Shown here: piece after piece, positions 48,590-60,675 of the stretch
Numbering within the stretch: the stretch's first letter is position 1
Layout: each line of letters starts with the position of its first letter
Assembly (NCBI GenBank): GCA_013239625.1
Contig: MU053881.1
Coordinates: 16,360,373-16,424,372 of the forward strand
Origin: Lama guanicoe
Lineage: Eukaryota
Direction: 5' to 3'
Length of the DNA: 64,000 bases
The notes under the pieces: generated by a model
The model's database searches: none
The model's input: only the letters and a program-made list of their open reading frames with translations
Told to the model about the DNA's origin: nothing
Made by a program: the position numbers and the translations under genes

Positions 48590-49950
48590 GCGAGGCGCTT
48601 TGCGGTCTCATGTTTTTGGGGTCCCGGCCGGAGGCGCTGCAGACCCCCGGCTCGCACCCGCGCCCTCTGGAGGGGCGGTGGCGGCAGTGTTTCTCGCTGC
48701 TACCCAGTTGACCCTTCCGCGCACAGAATCAACTTGGACGTCTGCCCTCCCTGGCCCCCAGGAACGCAGATAGAGGAGCTGGGAAGGACCTCCGGACTCG
48801 GAGAACTTGGCAGCTTCTCCCACCCGCGACTCCCGTCACCTACGTCAGAACGGGGAAAGCTTTTCTGCCCGAGGAGGGGTCCTTCCGCTGCCCTCTCGGC
48901 CCCGGGGATAAGGCTACCGCTCAGCTCGCCCGGGTTCAAGGACTCGGCGCGTACCGAGCGGTTGGGTCGGAAACCTCCACCTCCGGGTCTGGGTGGGGGC
49001 GGGGCCTCCAGGCGGCGGCCGTTGTCCCGCCCAACCGCCTCCCAACGGCTTCTTTGGCCAGGCAACGGGGAAGGGCAACCCGATGAGGCGAGTGCGCCTG
49101 CGCACGCATGCGTAAATGGGTGGGGAGGGGCCCGCGCTTGGCCCCGCCCAGGCTAGGCGAATTTGCCCACCCCATCTCCCAACCTCCTCAGCGTGGCGCC
49201 GACGCTGCGTGCGGCGCGGGTTACCCAGAGTGCTCCGCGCGGGGGCAGCTCACTGGAGTTTGGTTCTCGAGGCGGCGGCAGCAGCGGCGTCGGCTCCGGC
49301 GGCTCCCCCTCCTCCTTTGGTGGCGGCGGCGCCCCGGGCCCGAGCCCCTGCCCCGGCTCCCCTCTCTGCCACCCCGCGCGCCCCCTCTTCTCCTGGCGCC
49401 GCGGGGAACATGAGGCTCCGCTCCCGGAGGCCGGCGAGTGAGTGACCCCCGTTCCCCGCCTCAGCCCGCCCGCCCGCTGGCCCGGCCGCTCCCCCCCGCC
49501 TCGCCCAGGCAATGACAGCGGCTCCGCCGTCTCCGCAGCAGATCAGGGACCGGCTGCTGCAGGCCATCGACCCCCAGAGCAACGTAAGTATTCACCGCAC
49601 GGGCTGAGGTGGAGGCCGCGTGGGCCTGGGACTCTCCCCCTCCTTAGTGCCCCTCGCCAGCCGGGCTCCAGGGCACCCGCCGGACACCCACCTGCCCTCG
49701 AGGGCCGCTGCCATCCTGGCCTCTCGCCCCCCGGGCCCGGGCCGGGGTCAGGTCGGGCAGCCGGGCGGCGCTTGGTACGGGAGGCCGAGGCTTCCGTGCG
49801 GCCTGGGCTGAGAGAGCGGTCGGGAGTTAAGACCAGAGCTTTTCCTCCTCTCTTGCTTCAGCTCTACGACCCTTCCTGATCCTGGCAGAGCTCACCCGCC
49901 TCTCCCTTCCCGGGGGACCCGCGACCCCCGGGAAGCTTTCCTGGCTGGGG
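48590..49950 (+). promoter_or_regulatory. MED26: MED26 CpG-island promoter and GC-rich 5' UTR
   Basis: Dense CpG, GC box ggggcgggg at about 48996, NRF1-like tgcgcctgcgca at 49093-49104 with adjacent cgcatgcg, and GGC-repeat 5' UTR. Confidence 0.85.
49512..49583 (+). CDS. MED26: MED26 (Mediator subunit 26, CRSP7) coding exon 1; the gene continues beyond the window
   Basis: ATG at 49512 reads MTAAPPSPQQIRDRLLQAIDPQSN (72 nt, phase 0), then a |gtaagt donor. Matches the MED26 N-terminus. No exon 2 was found up to 64000. Confidence 0.96.
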
Positions 49951-52900
49951 GGAGGGGAGGGAGAAAAGCTGTGGAGCAACTGGTGTCCGGGGTATGACTC
50001 GGGGAGCCCGTGCCACCGGTGTCTCGGCTTTCTGGGTGGTCCAGGCAGTCCTCCTTCCCTTTCCTCCTGGCTGGAAGCACCTTTCTGGCTTCAGAGGGAA
50101 CCCCCCCTCCGACCTGCTTTGCCCCTAGCCCGGTGCCCAGGGCGCTTGGAGAGTCCCCTTTGGTTCTGAGAGTGGACATGCCTTTGCCGGATCCCTCTTG
50201 GGGTCGCTGCCGACGGAAGATACCTTGTGCAGGGTGGGATTCTTCCTATACCTGTCTGGGCCTGAGTGCTCATTGCGTCTCTGATCAAGCCAGAGCTCCG
50301 CTTTTTGGTAGTGAATTAGATGTGATTGTTTTCTCTCCCCTCCCCCCACCCCTCGCCCTCCCTCGCCTGTCTTTTCCCCCTATCTGGGGTCCCAGCCTGT
50401 GGATTGTGACCTAGACCATCAGGGGTAACCCCAGGGTGTCTCACTCTCAGATGCTCTTCTACCCAGGCTACAGTTTGTAGAGGGATCTCCCTGCCCCTTC
50501 CTTGTGTGTAGGGGAAGACTCATTGTGTTCTCGTATTTTCTCCGAGGGGTTGTTGGCCATTGGGTTCATTTTCCCCTGTGGCAGGAGCAGGTTCAGCAGT
50601 AGGAAGATGCAGTAGCATCCAGGTATGAAGTGAGCCCCTGCATTTCCTGGGAGACCAGGAAGTGGCCGTTGAAATCACTTTTTAATGTGCTGAGGATAGA
50701 AGAAAACAATCATCTTGGGCTTGGCCAGGTAACTCAGGTTTCTCTTGCTATGGGGGCTTTAGCTTTTCCTTTACATGAATTTGGCTGATTACTTTGGCAG
50801 TAGGCTTTAGCCTAGTATTTTTTGGAATAATTCATGTTGGATTGTACAATTTTGGTAGAAATAGAAAAGTTATGATCTTTGTGATTTTTGATTTATTAAT
50901 AATTTTGTCATTTCTGGTCTTCAGACCCCATTAAGATGGACTTGGTGGTAATTGTCTTTAACAAATGTTGTATACGTTTTGGTTATGGCTTTGGGGATGG
51001 AGTAGACACAAGCTATATAAAACCTTGTAGGATTTTTGCAGTAACTAGTGCTACTGCAATTCCCAAGACTGAAATATTAGAGTATAAAATAAGTGACTTG
51101 AAAATGTAGCCTTGGCGACTTTTGCATCTTTTGTCGAGTCAGAGTTTAATTTCTGGAATTCCACGTGCTTCCACGTGCTTGTCCAGAGAATCTGAAAGGT
51201 TGCTGAGACATTAGCACTGATCCTTAATGCCACCTAGGAGAGCTTTGGGATCAGGAAGCGCTTTGATGGGCAATCGCTTTGCTGTAGACTAGGTGGGGCA
51301 GTGACCTCAGGGGTTCTAGTGTTGTGTAAGGGTCTAAACTAAAGGGTTCCTAGGAGTACAGGGGAAGAGGGGCCAAGCCCACAGTTCGGTTACCTGTCAT
51401 GGAATTCACGTTTCACATGGCCAATTTGGGGGACTCTTGTGATAGATGTGTTTGGAGCCCTTCTAATGTAAGTGTGGTGGATGAAACTGGGAAACTGTCT
51501 CTGAATATGAGTGATGAGAAAGTGCCTCCTTTAAATGCTGCCATTGTCAGGAACATCCCTGAATATTGTTAAGAGCCATTTGACAGAAGTGTGGCTTGAA
51601 GCAAACCCCATATAGAAACTCAGAGCCGTGGAGGAGTAGGTTGCTGGTGGAGATGGTGTGAGACTATTTCATATTTTGCAGTTTCTGTTAATTGACCTGG
51701 GCTCAGGTGAGAGCTAGATGGCTCCAACAAGGCATTGCCAGCCCACAGCTGCGCTTCCCTGCTTGGCCCAAGTAGGAACTCCACTTCTGCGTAGTTAGTT
51801 GACACATATTTAAGATGCTCCTGGAAAATAAAAATGGGGACAGTGTTGAAGAGCCAACACTAAAATTAAACCTCTTCTGAGAGAGGCGACAGAGAATCGT
51901 GTCATGTAATGCTTACCTTTACGTGCCTGCAATTATGCTTAGCAAACTTAGCTTTTGCTTAAAAAATCAGTATCAGGCAGCTGACCTAATATCCACAAGT
52001 ATCTGAAAAGTTAGTACCAAGTATCTGAAAAGGAAGTAACAGAGTAACGCTTACTGACCACCTCCTTGACAAAGGAGTTCTTAAGAGGAAAGTTGCTTCT
52101 TTGCTCTAAATTCTAGCCTCTGGATATTTGACTATCTATAGCATCAGGCTCTGAGTTAATAATTTCAGCCAACTCTATAATAAAGTAAATCCCGTACACT
52201 CCTATTCAAAAAGCAACTAACAGTTTTTCAGAACAGTTGAAGCCTTACTCTTCTTGTAGTGTTTGTCAGCCCAGGCTGCTGAAACTTTCTGAAGTGCGCT
52301 GTGTGCCTTTGTTCCAGCTTAATCTTATTTTGTTATGGATAAAGTTGAAGACTGTCTTCCTTCTGCCCAGAAATCGAGTCAGTCCAACCAAGCACAGTCT
52401 CCTCATCAAGTGATTACATTCCAGTTTATATCAGACATTCATTGTTTCACCAGAGTTCGGGCTTTGTCTTCCTGACCAGAGTGCAGCGTCCAGGAGCATG
52501 GCTTGTTTCTTGTCTTCTCTCTCTAGAGCAGAAGCTTTAGGTGTAGTTGCTAAGTCTTGGTTAAACTGACTGAACCCTAGAGTCCTTGGGCCTCCATTTG
52601 AGCCCCCTTTTACCAAAAAGCCCTTGTGACTGCTCCGTGCCCCAACATTGAGTCATGGAGTAGTTTAATACAGAGCTCTGGAGAACCGCGAGGAACAAAC
52701 ACAGTGTTAGTCTGGCATCTGAGAAACAGTCTGAGATAGTGGAGCGGGTGCTGCAGCCCCATGACAGGTTAAATAACAGCACAGGGCAGGTGAGCTGCCC
52801 TGTATTCACAGCAGGGAGAGGCCAGAGAAGGCGCTGCGGGGAAGAGACTTGAGCTTGCACTGGGCATCTGTGCCAGCGCCTTCCCAGCAGGAAATCTCCG

Positions 52901-55900
52901 AAACTCCTTTCTTCCTCACTGTTCTGCAGACATCAGGTGCTAAAGGGAGGTGACTAAGGGGCCTCTGTAGAGAGACATATGAGAAAGAAAATTTTTCCAC
53001 CTAGGAATTTGAGGGTTAAGACACTGCTGAAGTTTCCTCATCTGCAAAGTGGGGCTAGGAACTGGTGTATTTGCTCCATAAAGCTCCTTCCAGGTCCAGG
53101 GTTCAGATTCTAGGAGGGGCAGCAGAGGCTAACATGAATTATTCTAGAAGTTTTTTCTTTTGATGCAATTATATGGTATGAATTTTCTAAATAACAAAAT
53201 ACTAACATAGTTCTACACTGAGATGTATGCTTTACATGACTTTGTGCAGCACTTTGATGGAGTCTCCACCTTCCAACAGCCTCCAAAGAGAGGTAGAGTG
53301 AGTAGCCAGTCTCCCCTTTCTGCAGGTGCAGAAGCTGACATCATGACAGACAGTAGGTGCTGTTTAGTGTCTCCCATGGCCAGGAGAGGACAAGATGTCT
53401 TTGTTTCCTGATGACTTAATGTGAGGTGACTGTCCTAAAGCTAGGGACTTACCCAGAGTTATTAAGTGATAGTGCTTTTGACTCTGAACACCACTGTACT
53501 GCTCGCAAAGGTGGACAGACGGCTTCAGAAGAGGCGATGAGGGCAGCTTTCTTGAGCTCGTAAGGAAAGATGTGGGAGCTGCTTCTCTCCCACACAAGTT
53601 TATATGAGATTACAATTTGGGTTCGATTTACCTGTGATAGCTCTAACAGGTGGATGACATAGGCATCCTGTCCCGGAAACACCTTAAGGTTTCTGTCAGG
53701 GACACACAATCCTGGGCCAGACCACACTGTGGTGTGGCAACTGCTAAGTGGTGTGGAACTTTTCATGGGTCTTATGTTCCAGCTTCTTTTTCTGCTTCAG
53801 GATGACAGCACTTTTGATATTAATTTAAGATGCCATCAGTCCTGTAGAAAAGAGAAATCTTGTAAACTCTAAAATGGAAGAGTGTTATTAGTTCTGATTC
53901 TCACTATTAGAAGATAAGAAATCTAAACATGTGGATGCTTCCTTATCACACTGGTTGCCCAAATTCAGTAACCTTCCTGCCTTTGCTCTTTGTGTTGTGG
54001 CCAGGATGTGTGAGGATAGCAGTGTGGCATTTTATGACTTGGGGAAAGAGGCAGGTAACAAGTGTTGGTTGTGAAGCAAGTGTAAATCCTTGTTGTGACT
54101 CACTCTTTCCCTCAGAAGAAGATGGACTTTACATTCTGTCTTCACGGAGGTCCTCAGAGACGACTCTTTTAGGAGTATGGTGTCCTGGGTGGAGGTCACA
54201 GAGGCCTGGAGGACAGTCTGAGATCAGTTTATGGGAAGGGACTTTTGTCCTGATGCAGATATAAAAAGGCACCACGGTCACTTGGGCTCAAGATGCAGCT
54301 TCGTGGGGCAGGACATGCCCTCAAGGGTACCAGGCTTGGGGTTGGGTGAAGGAAGATATCTGTACTCATTTTGCCTCAGTTTTGGTGTTCATGTAGGTGT
54401 CTTCTTAGACGGAGACAGTTTAACTAGAACTGACTTAACCCAGCCCAACCTCTAGGTGACTGCAGTCTGGTAGGTGGGTCTCCTGCCCAGCCCTCTGCTG
54501 TAAACCGCCTTCTGGAAGCTGGGGGCTCTGCCTCTGTCAGTAGGAGCCATGCTTTTTCTTTTCCTTTCCAGTGGTGGCTGTCCTGAATCCACCTGGTCCC
54601 TGTGGGGCCCACAGGCTGGTTGGCAGAGTGGCGACTGAGTTTGGGGCTCAGTGGCTAGGTACGCAGGCAGTGCACTTTCAGTCCAGCCTCGTGAGTGCCC
54701 ACGCTCAGACCCCTCCTAGTACTGCGGCTTTCACTCTTGGGCACGCGAGTAGAGTCCAGCAAGTATTGACACAGGGATTCCATGGACACGAGAGCATTTC
54801 CTGCGTAAGGAGGATCTACCAATATTCTGCATGCTGTGTTTAAAAGTACTCTGAATGAATTCCAGGTCTTGGGAGGCAATACACTTACATCTGAATCACC
54901 AACTGGTACATGCTGTTTATGGAAAAATATTGTAAAACTGAAAAAGGTGGTTCAGCAATTGAATAAACGTTTCTGGCAAGTGCTTGTGTGCTGGGTGTGG
55001 AGGGTGCGGGCCTGGAGATGCCCAGCCGCTACCCTTGAGGGAGCTGAGCAGGCATAGAATGTGCATATGGATGATCTGGGGTGGGGCAGCCTTACAGGGC
55101 TACAGCTCTTGGGTCCAAGGGGAACAGTTCTTCACGTGTCTTACTCAAAGATTTAATTCAGGATTCTTAAGAATGTGAAATGGCTTTCTAGAGTTTCTTG
55201 AGTTTTCAGAGTGAAGAGTTTTATAGTCAGGTGCAGGAAGTCAGTTCTTCGTCCTTCTCTGACTTGAGAGGAATGGAGAGTTTGGAGGAATAGCTGGCAA
55301 ATCCTTGAACAGTTTGCCCTCTCAGCAATGGGATGGGGAGGGGGCGGGTGTCAGGCTCCGTGAAGGGCCTGGGGGCTGGTGTCAAGTACTGGGGTTAGGT
55401 TTGCTCCTTGTGGCTTCTGGAGGCCATCCTAGAACACAGAAGGCAGGAGTTCCTGCGACGTAGGTGCTGTTGCGCTTGGGAAAGCTCTTGATTATCATCA
55501 GAGTTGGGTCGAGAGTCCAGGGCTACTGTGCCAGGTGGGTGTTCAGACACACCTCCGTCTGGGCCCTCAGACTCCCCACTTACGAGTTCCTGGAGGTTCT
55601 GTTTGCATGGAGCCTGCTAAGAGGAAGGGTCATGTCAGGTGATGTGCCACTGCCAGGCAGGTGGGGTTAGAAACCTTCCAGCGCCCCTGGGACTGCAACA
55701 AAGTTTCCTAGATTCATCCATTGGAAGCTATAAAATGAAGAGCTGCCATTTACTGAACACTTGCTATGTACGTAGTACATGTAGACAACTTTGCATCCTG
55801 GGTGGTTCTCTGAACTGCTCTTAGAAGGAGATACCCCATATTCATTTTGGAGGAGAGCAGAGGTTAAATGATCCATCCAGTGTCACAGAGGTGGATATGG

Positions 55901-58900
55901 GAAGCTCTGGACCCAAACCCAGGGCTAGTTGGCTCAGAAGCCAGTGGGCTTAACAGCAGTCTCCCAGTTCCCACATAAGCAGTACACAGCATGAAAGTTG
56001 AACTCCAGTCTGTCTTCTGAGATTAACCTTAAATGTGAAGTGTTTTTAACTTTCAGTTTTGCATTTCCGTTTTCTTCCCATTTCCTACAACCTTTCCCCC
56101 CTTAAAATCTTCTAACCTTTTTAGGTGTCAGGTTCCATTTTTATAATCAGAAACATTCAGGAACTTCCACATTATGACAGGTGTACTTTGAGTACTGTTT
56201 TTTTGAGAAAATTCAGGGACAGAAGCTGCTTCTAATCCCTTAATGCTTTGAAATTGAAGTTATAGCTTGTCATCAAAACAGCATGTACTTAAACCTGCAA
56301 GCCAGCCTTACTTGTCTGTGTGTGACGCCTACTGCCTCTGTTTGGGGCTCCCTGTTGTCCCTACTGCTCTCCCTTTAGCAGAAACCTTTCCTGCTTTAAT
56401 CCAAGACAATCTCCTTCAGGCACTGCACATAACTTAAAAATTCTACATTCCTACTGAGAACAGGTCTTGTTGATCATGTTTTCCATGGGATTGCAGGCTC
56501 CTTGGTAGCAGAGCATGAGTTACTCCCCAAGTATCTAGAACTTGTATGGCAAGTGGGTGCTCAGATGCTGTGAAGAGGATCAGTCTTTGGAATTGGTTGT
56601 CGACACTTAAGCACAGGTACTAGGTGCCAGCACTTTTCACGTGTAATCTGTACAGCAGCCCGGGGAGGCAGGTGCCCATGCAGAAAGTGAGGCTCAGTGG
56701 ACACACGGCTACAAGGGAAGGCACTGGGGTTAGAACCCACTCCTTCAGTCCGCCCTCACCTGCTGCTGCCTCCCATGTCACTCGAGAGAGGGCAGTGAGT
56801 ATAAGACAGGCACCCCACTCTCCTGCCTGGGTTTGCATCCTTATGCTGGGTTCATCTGTATGATATTTTTGTGCTTGTCCAGGAGGAAGGTTGTAACTGA
56901 AATACTTTCTGCTTTCTCTGGAACTGGCTGAGGAAAAGGAGTGAGGTGTTTTTTCCTTTGGTTGGCATTTTTCACCTCTGACAGAGAAGGTGGTGCTTGA
57001 TGTTAGATCCCTGGCTGGCTGTGGTTCTTGTTGACACCGTTCAAATGCCACCTTGGGACCCTTTGGCCTTTTTTGGTCATTTGACAAACCAGACCCTTCC
57101 TCAATACCCTCCTCCCCCGATTTCATTTGTCAGGGCCAGATAGTGGGTGATGCTTTCTCCGGGCCACATCCCGTGGTGGATCAGCCTCGTGGCTGCTGTG
57201 GAGACACTGGCCACTTGTACACTGTGCACAGAGTGATTTTTCAGGTGGCTGGCCTTGACTCTGTGATGGGGGTTCTATGGTAGCAGTTGGGTGGGTTACT
57301 GTTGGAGAACTAGCTACACATGACTGTGGCTCACACTGAGAGCCCATTGGTGGCCTGGCATCCCTCTTCCAGGTGCTGGTGGCCCTGATGCCCTGCTTGT
57401 ACCTTCAGCCCCATTCCCTCCCCACTCCCCTGGTCATATCCGGCTCTCTGGGCCGTGCCTGAGCCACCAAGCTGTCTGCAGCTCCACCTGCACACACTCT
57501 GGGCTGCGTTCTCCTTGTCCCCTTGATTTCTTACTTGGCTCTCCCCTGCCCATATTCCAACTTAGCTTTCTTGACCCCTCTTGCCATCAGATTCCTCTCC
57601 TAATCCTTGGGTTGGAGTGTAAGGAGATGGCCACATCCATTTCCCCCTGGGTCATCCCCAAGATAGCTGCCTGCCCTCCTTCTTAAGGCCAGTCCTTCTA
57701 GAAGCCGCTCCCAGTAGACACTCCTCAACTTTATTTACTTCCATGGTGCATCTTGCGTCTGTGCCAGGCAAGTTGGCAAGCTGGCTTTTTAGCGCTGTTG
57801 GGGGTGGGGTTTGGGTGCTAGTGACACTGCTGTCTAGGTATATAAAATAGGAATAGTTTACCCTTTCGCTCATTGTTTCACATTGTTTCCTTCGGGTTTT
57901 CATTTAGATAGTTGCAGGCAGGGCACCTTTATTAATTCTGTTGGCACCTCTCCCCCAGATGGAGGGTGGCACTGTGCTTATGACCAGAGCTTAAACTCGA
58001 GGGCCTCTTTGGCTTGTGTGGCAAGTTGGGTTCTGAATACCCACTCCTTCTGGTTAAACAGCAGACTGATTTGCCTATGGTCACACTTGGGTACCTTGCT
58101 GTTGCCTTGTCTTAACATACTTGCCAGGTTGTAGCTTCAATCCCCTCCTAGGTGTGGGAGTCCAGGAGAGCCTCACTATGGCACCACTTGTTCTCCTGTC
58201 CCCATTACCTCTCTTGGTGCTGTAGGAACTGTGCGGACTAGTCTGAGCAAGAGAAGATGATGCCTGTGACCCAGGCAAGAGCTGAGTTCTCCAGACTACT
58301 GTCCTCTTGAGCTCAGGGGCATGGATGGTTACTGGGAGGTCTGGTTGGAGCTGATTGTCTTGTCCATTTCCTCTTGTTTGTCCCTTGCCCCTGCTTACCG
58401 GAAACTGGTACCTGCCCTTCCGGGCTTGATTTCTTTCCCTTAGGTTAACTGAGAAGGATAGGGTCAGGTGATCTTTCATGGCCCTCCGTTTTTCCCTTCC
58501 TGTCTGTCTGGGGGGATGTCAGCAAGCACTCAAAGTTGGTGATGTCTGCTCCCCTCTGCTGGATGCTGGCAGCTTGGCAGTGAAAGAGATGAGCCACATG
58601 TTACATTTTAGGCGTGTCTGGAGGTGGGGAGGTTTGTGAATGGATGGTTAGTTCACTTTCACTTCTATTTTAAAGGAGCTTCTTGAACATTTAAAGTTCT
58701 CCCTTTGAAGGTTGGTTGACAAGCCAAAGCTGCCCCTGAGTGCAGGAGCCTAGCTTTTCACCCTCCAGATGTTGTGAGCTCATCCTGCATTTGCTTGTAA
58801 CATTTCCCCTCTCACCGTGAGTCAGAGTGCTGTTTGGAATTTAAATTGGGATGGAAGAACTAAGAGGGAAACTGTTCTCTTTTTTGTCCTCGGCACTGTA

Positions 58901-60339
58901 TGTGTCTGTGTGTCCTGTGGACGCAGTTCTTCCACGTGGTAGGAAATGCAGCAGCTCTGGGGTTTGGACTTTTGAAGGCTAAGGCATGATGTGGAGTGAA
59001 TTCACTTATTTGCTTCCAGTTTGAAAACTGCTAGAGTCACTTTGGCTTGGCTTGAGGGTGGGGTGGAGGGGGCTTTGTAAGAAAATGGTAGTGCCCACAG
59101 GGAGTGGGGAGGAGCTTGCAGAAGAAGCAGGGTCTGCTGTGCAGACGAAAACAGTAGGCGTCCCCAGTCTTCTGTAGCTCTCCCATGTGGCAGAATAGAA
59201 ACAGTGAGGACACTGATTTGGGGTAGGGGCTCGGGACTCTGTTGGGGTTTCTGGTGAACCTACCTGTTAGCCCTGCTCAGAGTTAGGGAAGCTGGCATCT
59301 GCTTATTGCCCTGGGGATGATGCTCCTGTGTCAGGAGGACAGTGCATGTGGTTTTCTGTCCTGTCAGTGGTGGGCTCCCCCAAGTTGGGAAATAGGAAGT
59401 GGCATCATCTGCTTTGTAAGATGAGCCGACCTTAGGCATGAGGGTGCCCTTGTGCTTGTCACTCCAGGCTGTCTCCCCAGGTCACCATGCTGTTCTCAGT
59501 GGCCCGCTGCAGGATCAGTGCTGAGTGCATCTCCTTGGAAATGAAGGAAGCCTGAGGCATAACACGAGCGGTGCCCGTCGTCCCTGCCCCCTTGTACCTT
59601 ACTGCATTGGCCTTTCTGCTCCCTCCAAACCTCCTGGCCAGGGTGCCTCCTTCCCCTTGAGTGTTTCAGCCTTGCCTGGGGAGCCCTTTCTGGTTATTAA
59701 TGCTTTCCCATGTGTTCTCACCATGGCTTCCAGTGGTACCTGAATCCTTGCACTCCAGGTGACTGCTGCCCCCAGCATGCTGCGCTGTTGGTTGGTGGTG
59801 CCACTATCCCCCACTCTGCTGACCGCCTCCCTTGGTTACTCCATTCCTGCAAGCAGAGTGTCTGGGGAGGTGCAGCTGCTTCCCAGCCAGTCTCCTGCTT
59901 CCTGATCTCACTTCTGTGCCGGCCCCAGAGTGAGCGCCCCAGAACAGACTGGGACGTGTCATCCCTTCTCTTGGTGCCATGTGGCTGACGAGGTTAACAT
60001 GTGAGCTCTTTAGGTGACAGAGTGGAGAAGGCAGTCTTTTTCCAGGTGGAAAACCTGGGCTTTAGAGTTGGGCAGAACTGAGTTGGACTCTTGACTCTGC
60101 TATTCATCATACAGCTTTGGATGTTAGGGTTGCAGCCTTAGTTTCCTTAGGAGGATATTCATATGCTGCTTAGGAAGGCTGTTGAGAACGGTCCCGGGCA
60201 TGAAGCATCCCGAGTATTGACATGTGTGCATGGTAGGTGACAGTTCACAGACTTGGTGATGGGCAGCCCACCCACCTCCCTTCCCCTCCATGCCCCTCCC
60301 TCCTTCTGGTTCATGCCCATTGGATGGTTAGTGACTGAG

Positions 60340-60675
60340 GACTAGCTAATCATAGGGCTACATCTTCCTGGCCAGTGATTGGTACAAGAATGGGCCTGTG
60401 GCCCAGTCAGAGCCAGAGCCCATAAAGGTTTTAGTGCTTTGCTAGGGTAGCTGGGGGAGACTTGAATGGGAGAGGATGTTAGCAGGTTGCTACTAGGGTC
60501 TGCTGCCTGGGGACAGCCTGCCCAGGAGTGAGACCAGCCTAGAGGGATAGGGAAGAATAAGTTGCCTGGGCCTGACTGGCCCAAGGTGAGCCCTGTCCTG
60601 AACTTTACAGCTACATGAGCCAGTGGCTTCTTTTCTTAATGAAGCCCATTTGAGCTGATTCTTCTGTCAGCTGAG
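60340..60675 (+). mobile_element. LTR16-like (ERVL) LTR remnant
   Basis: ggccagtgattggt..gggcctgtggccca and cctgaactttacagctacatgagcca..tttgagctg..ttctgtca motifs. Confidence 0.55.

Noticed and set aside
48431..49879. Long overlapping Arg/Pro/Gly-rich ORFs on both strands (also at 28373-30838)
   Set aside because: Expected from stop-codon scarcity in CpG islands. Only the MED26, TMEM38A and SMIM7 exons and the short uORF are supported.
54558..54600. Acceptor-like tttccag followed by a VAVL peptide, resembling MED26 exon 2 (IRNMVAVLEV)
   Set aside because: The similarity stops after four residues and the phase is wrong. The true exon 2 must lie beyond the window.
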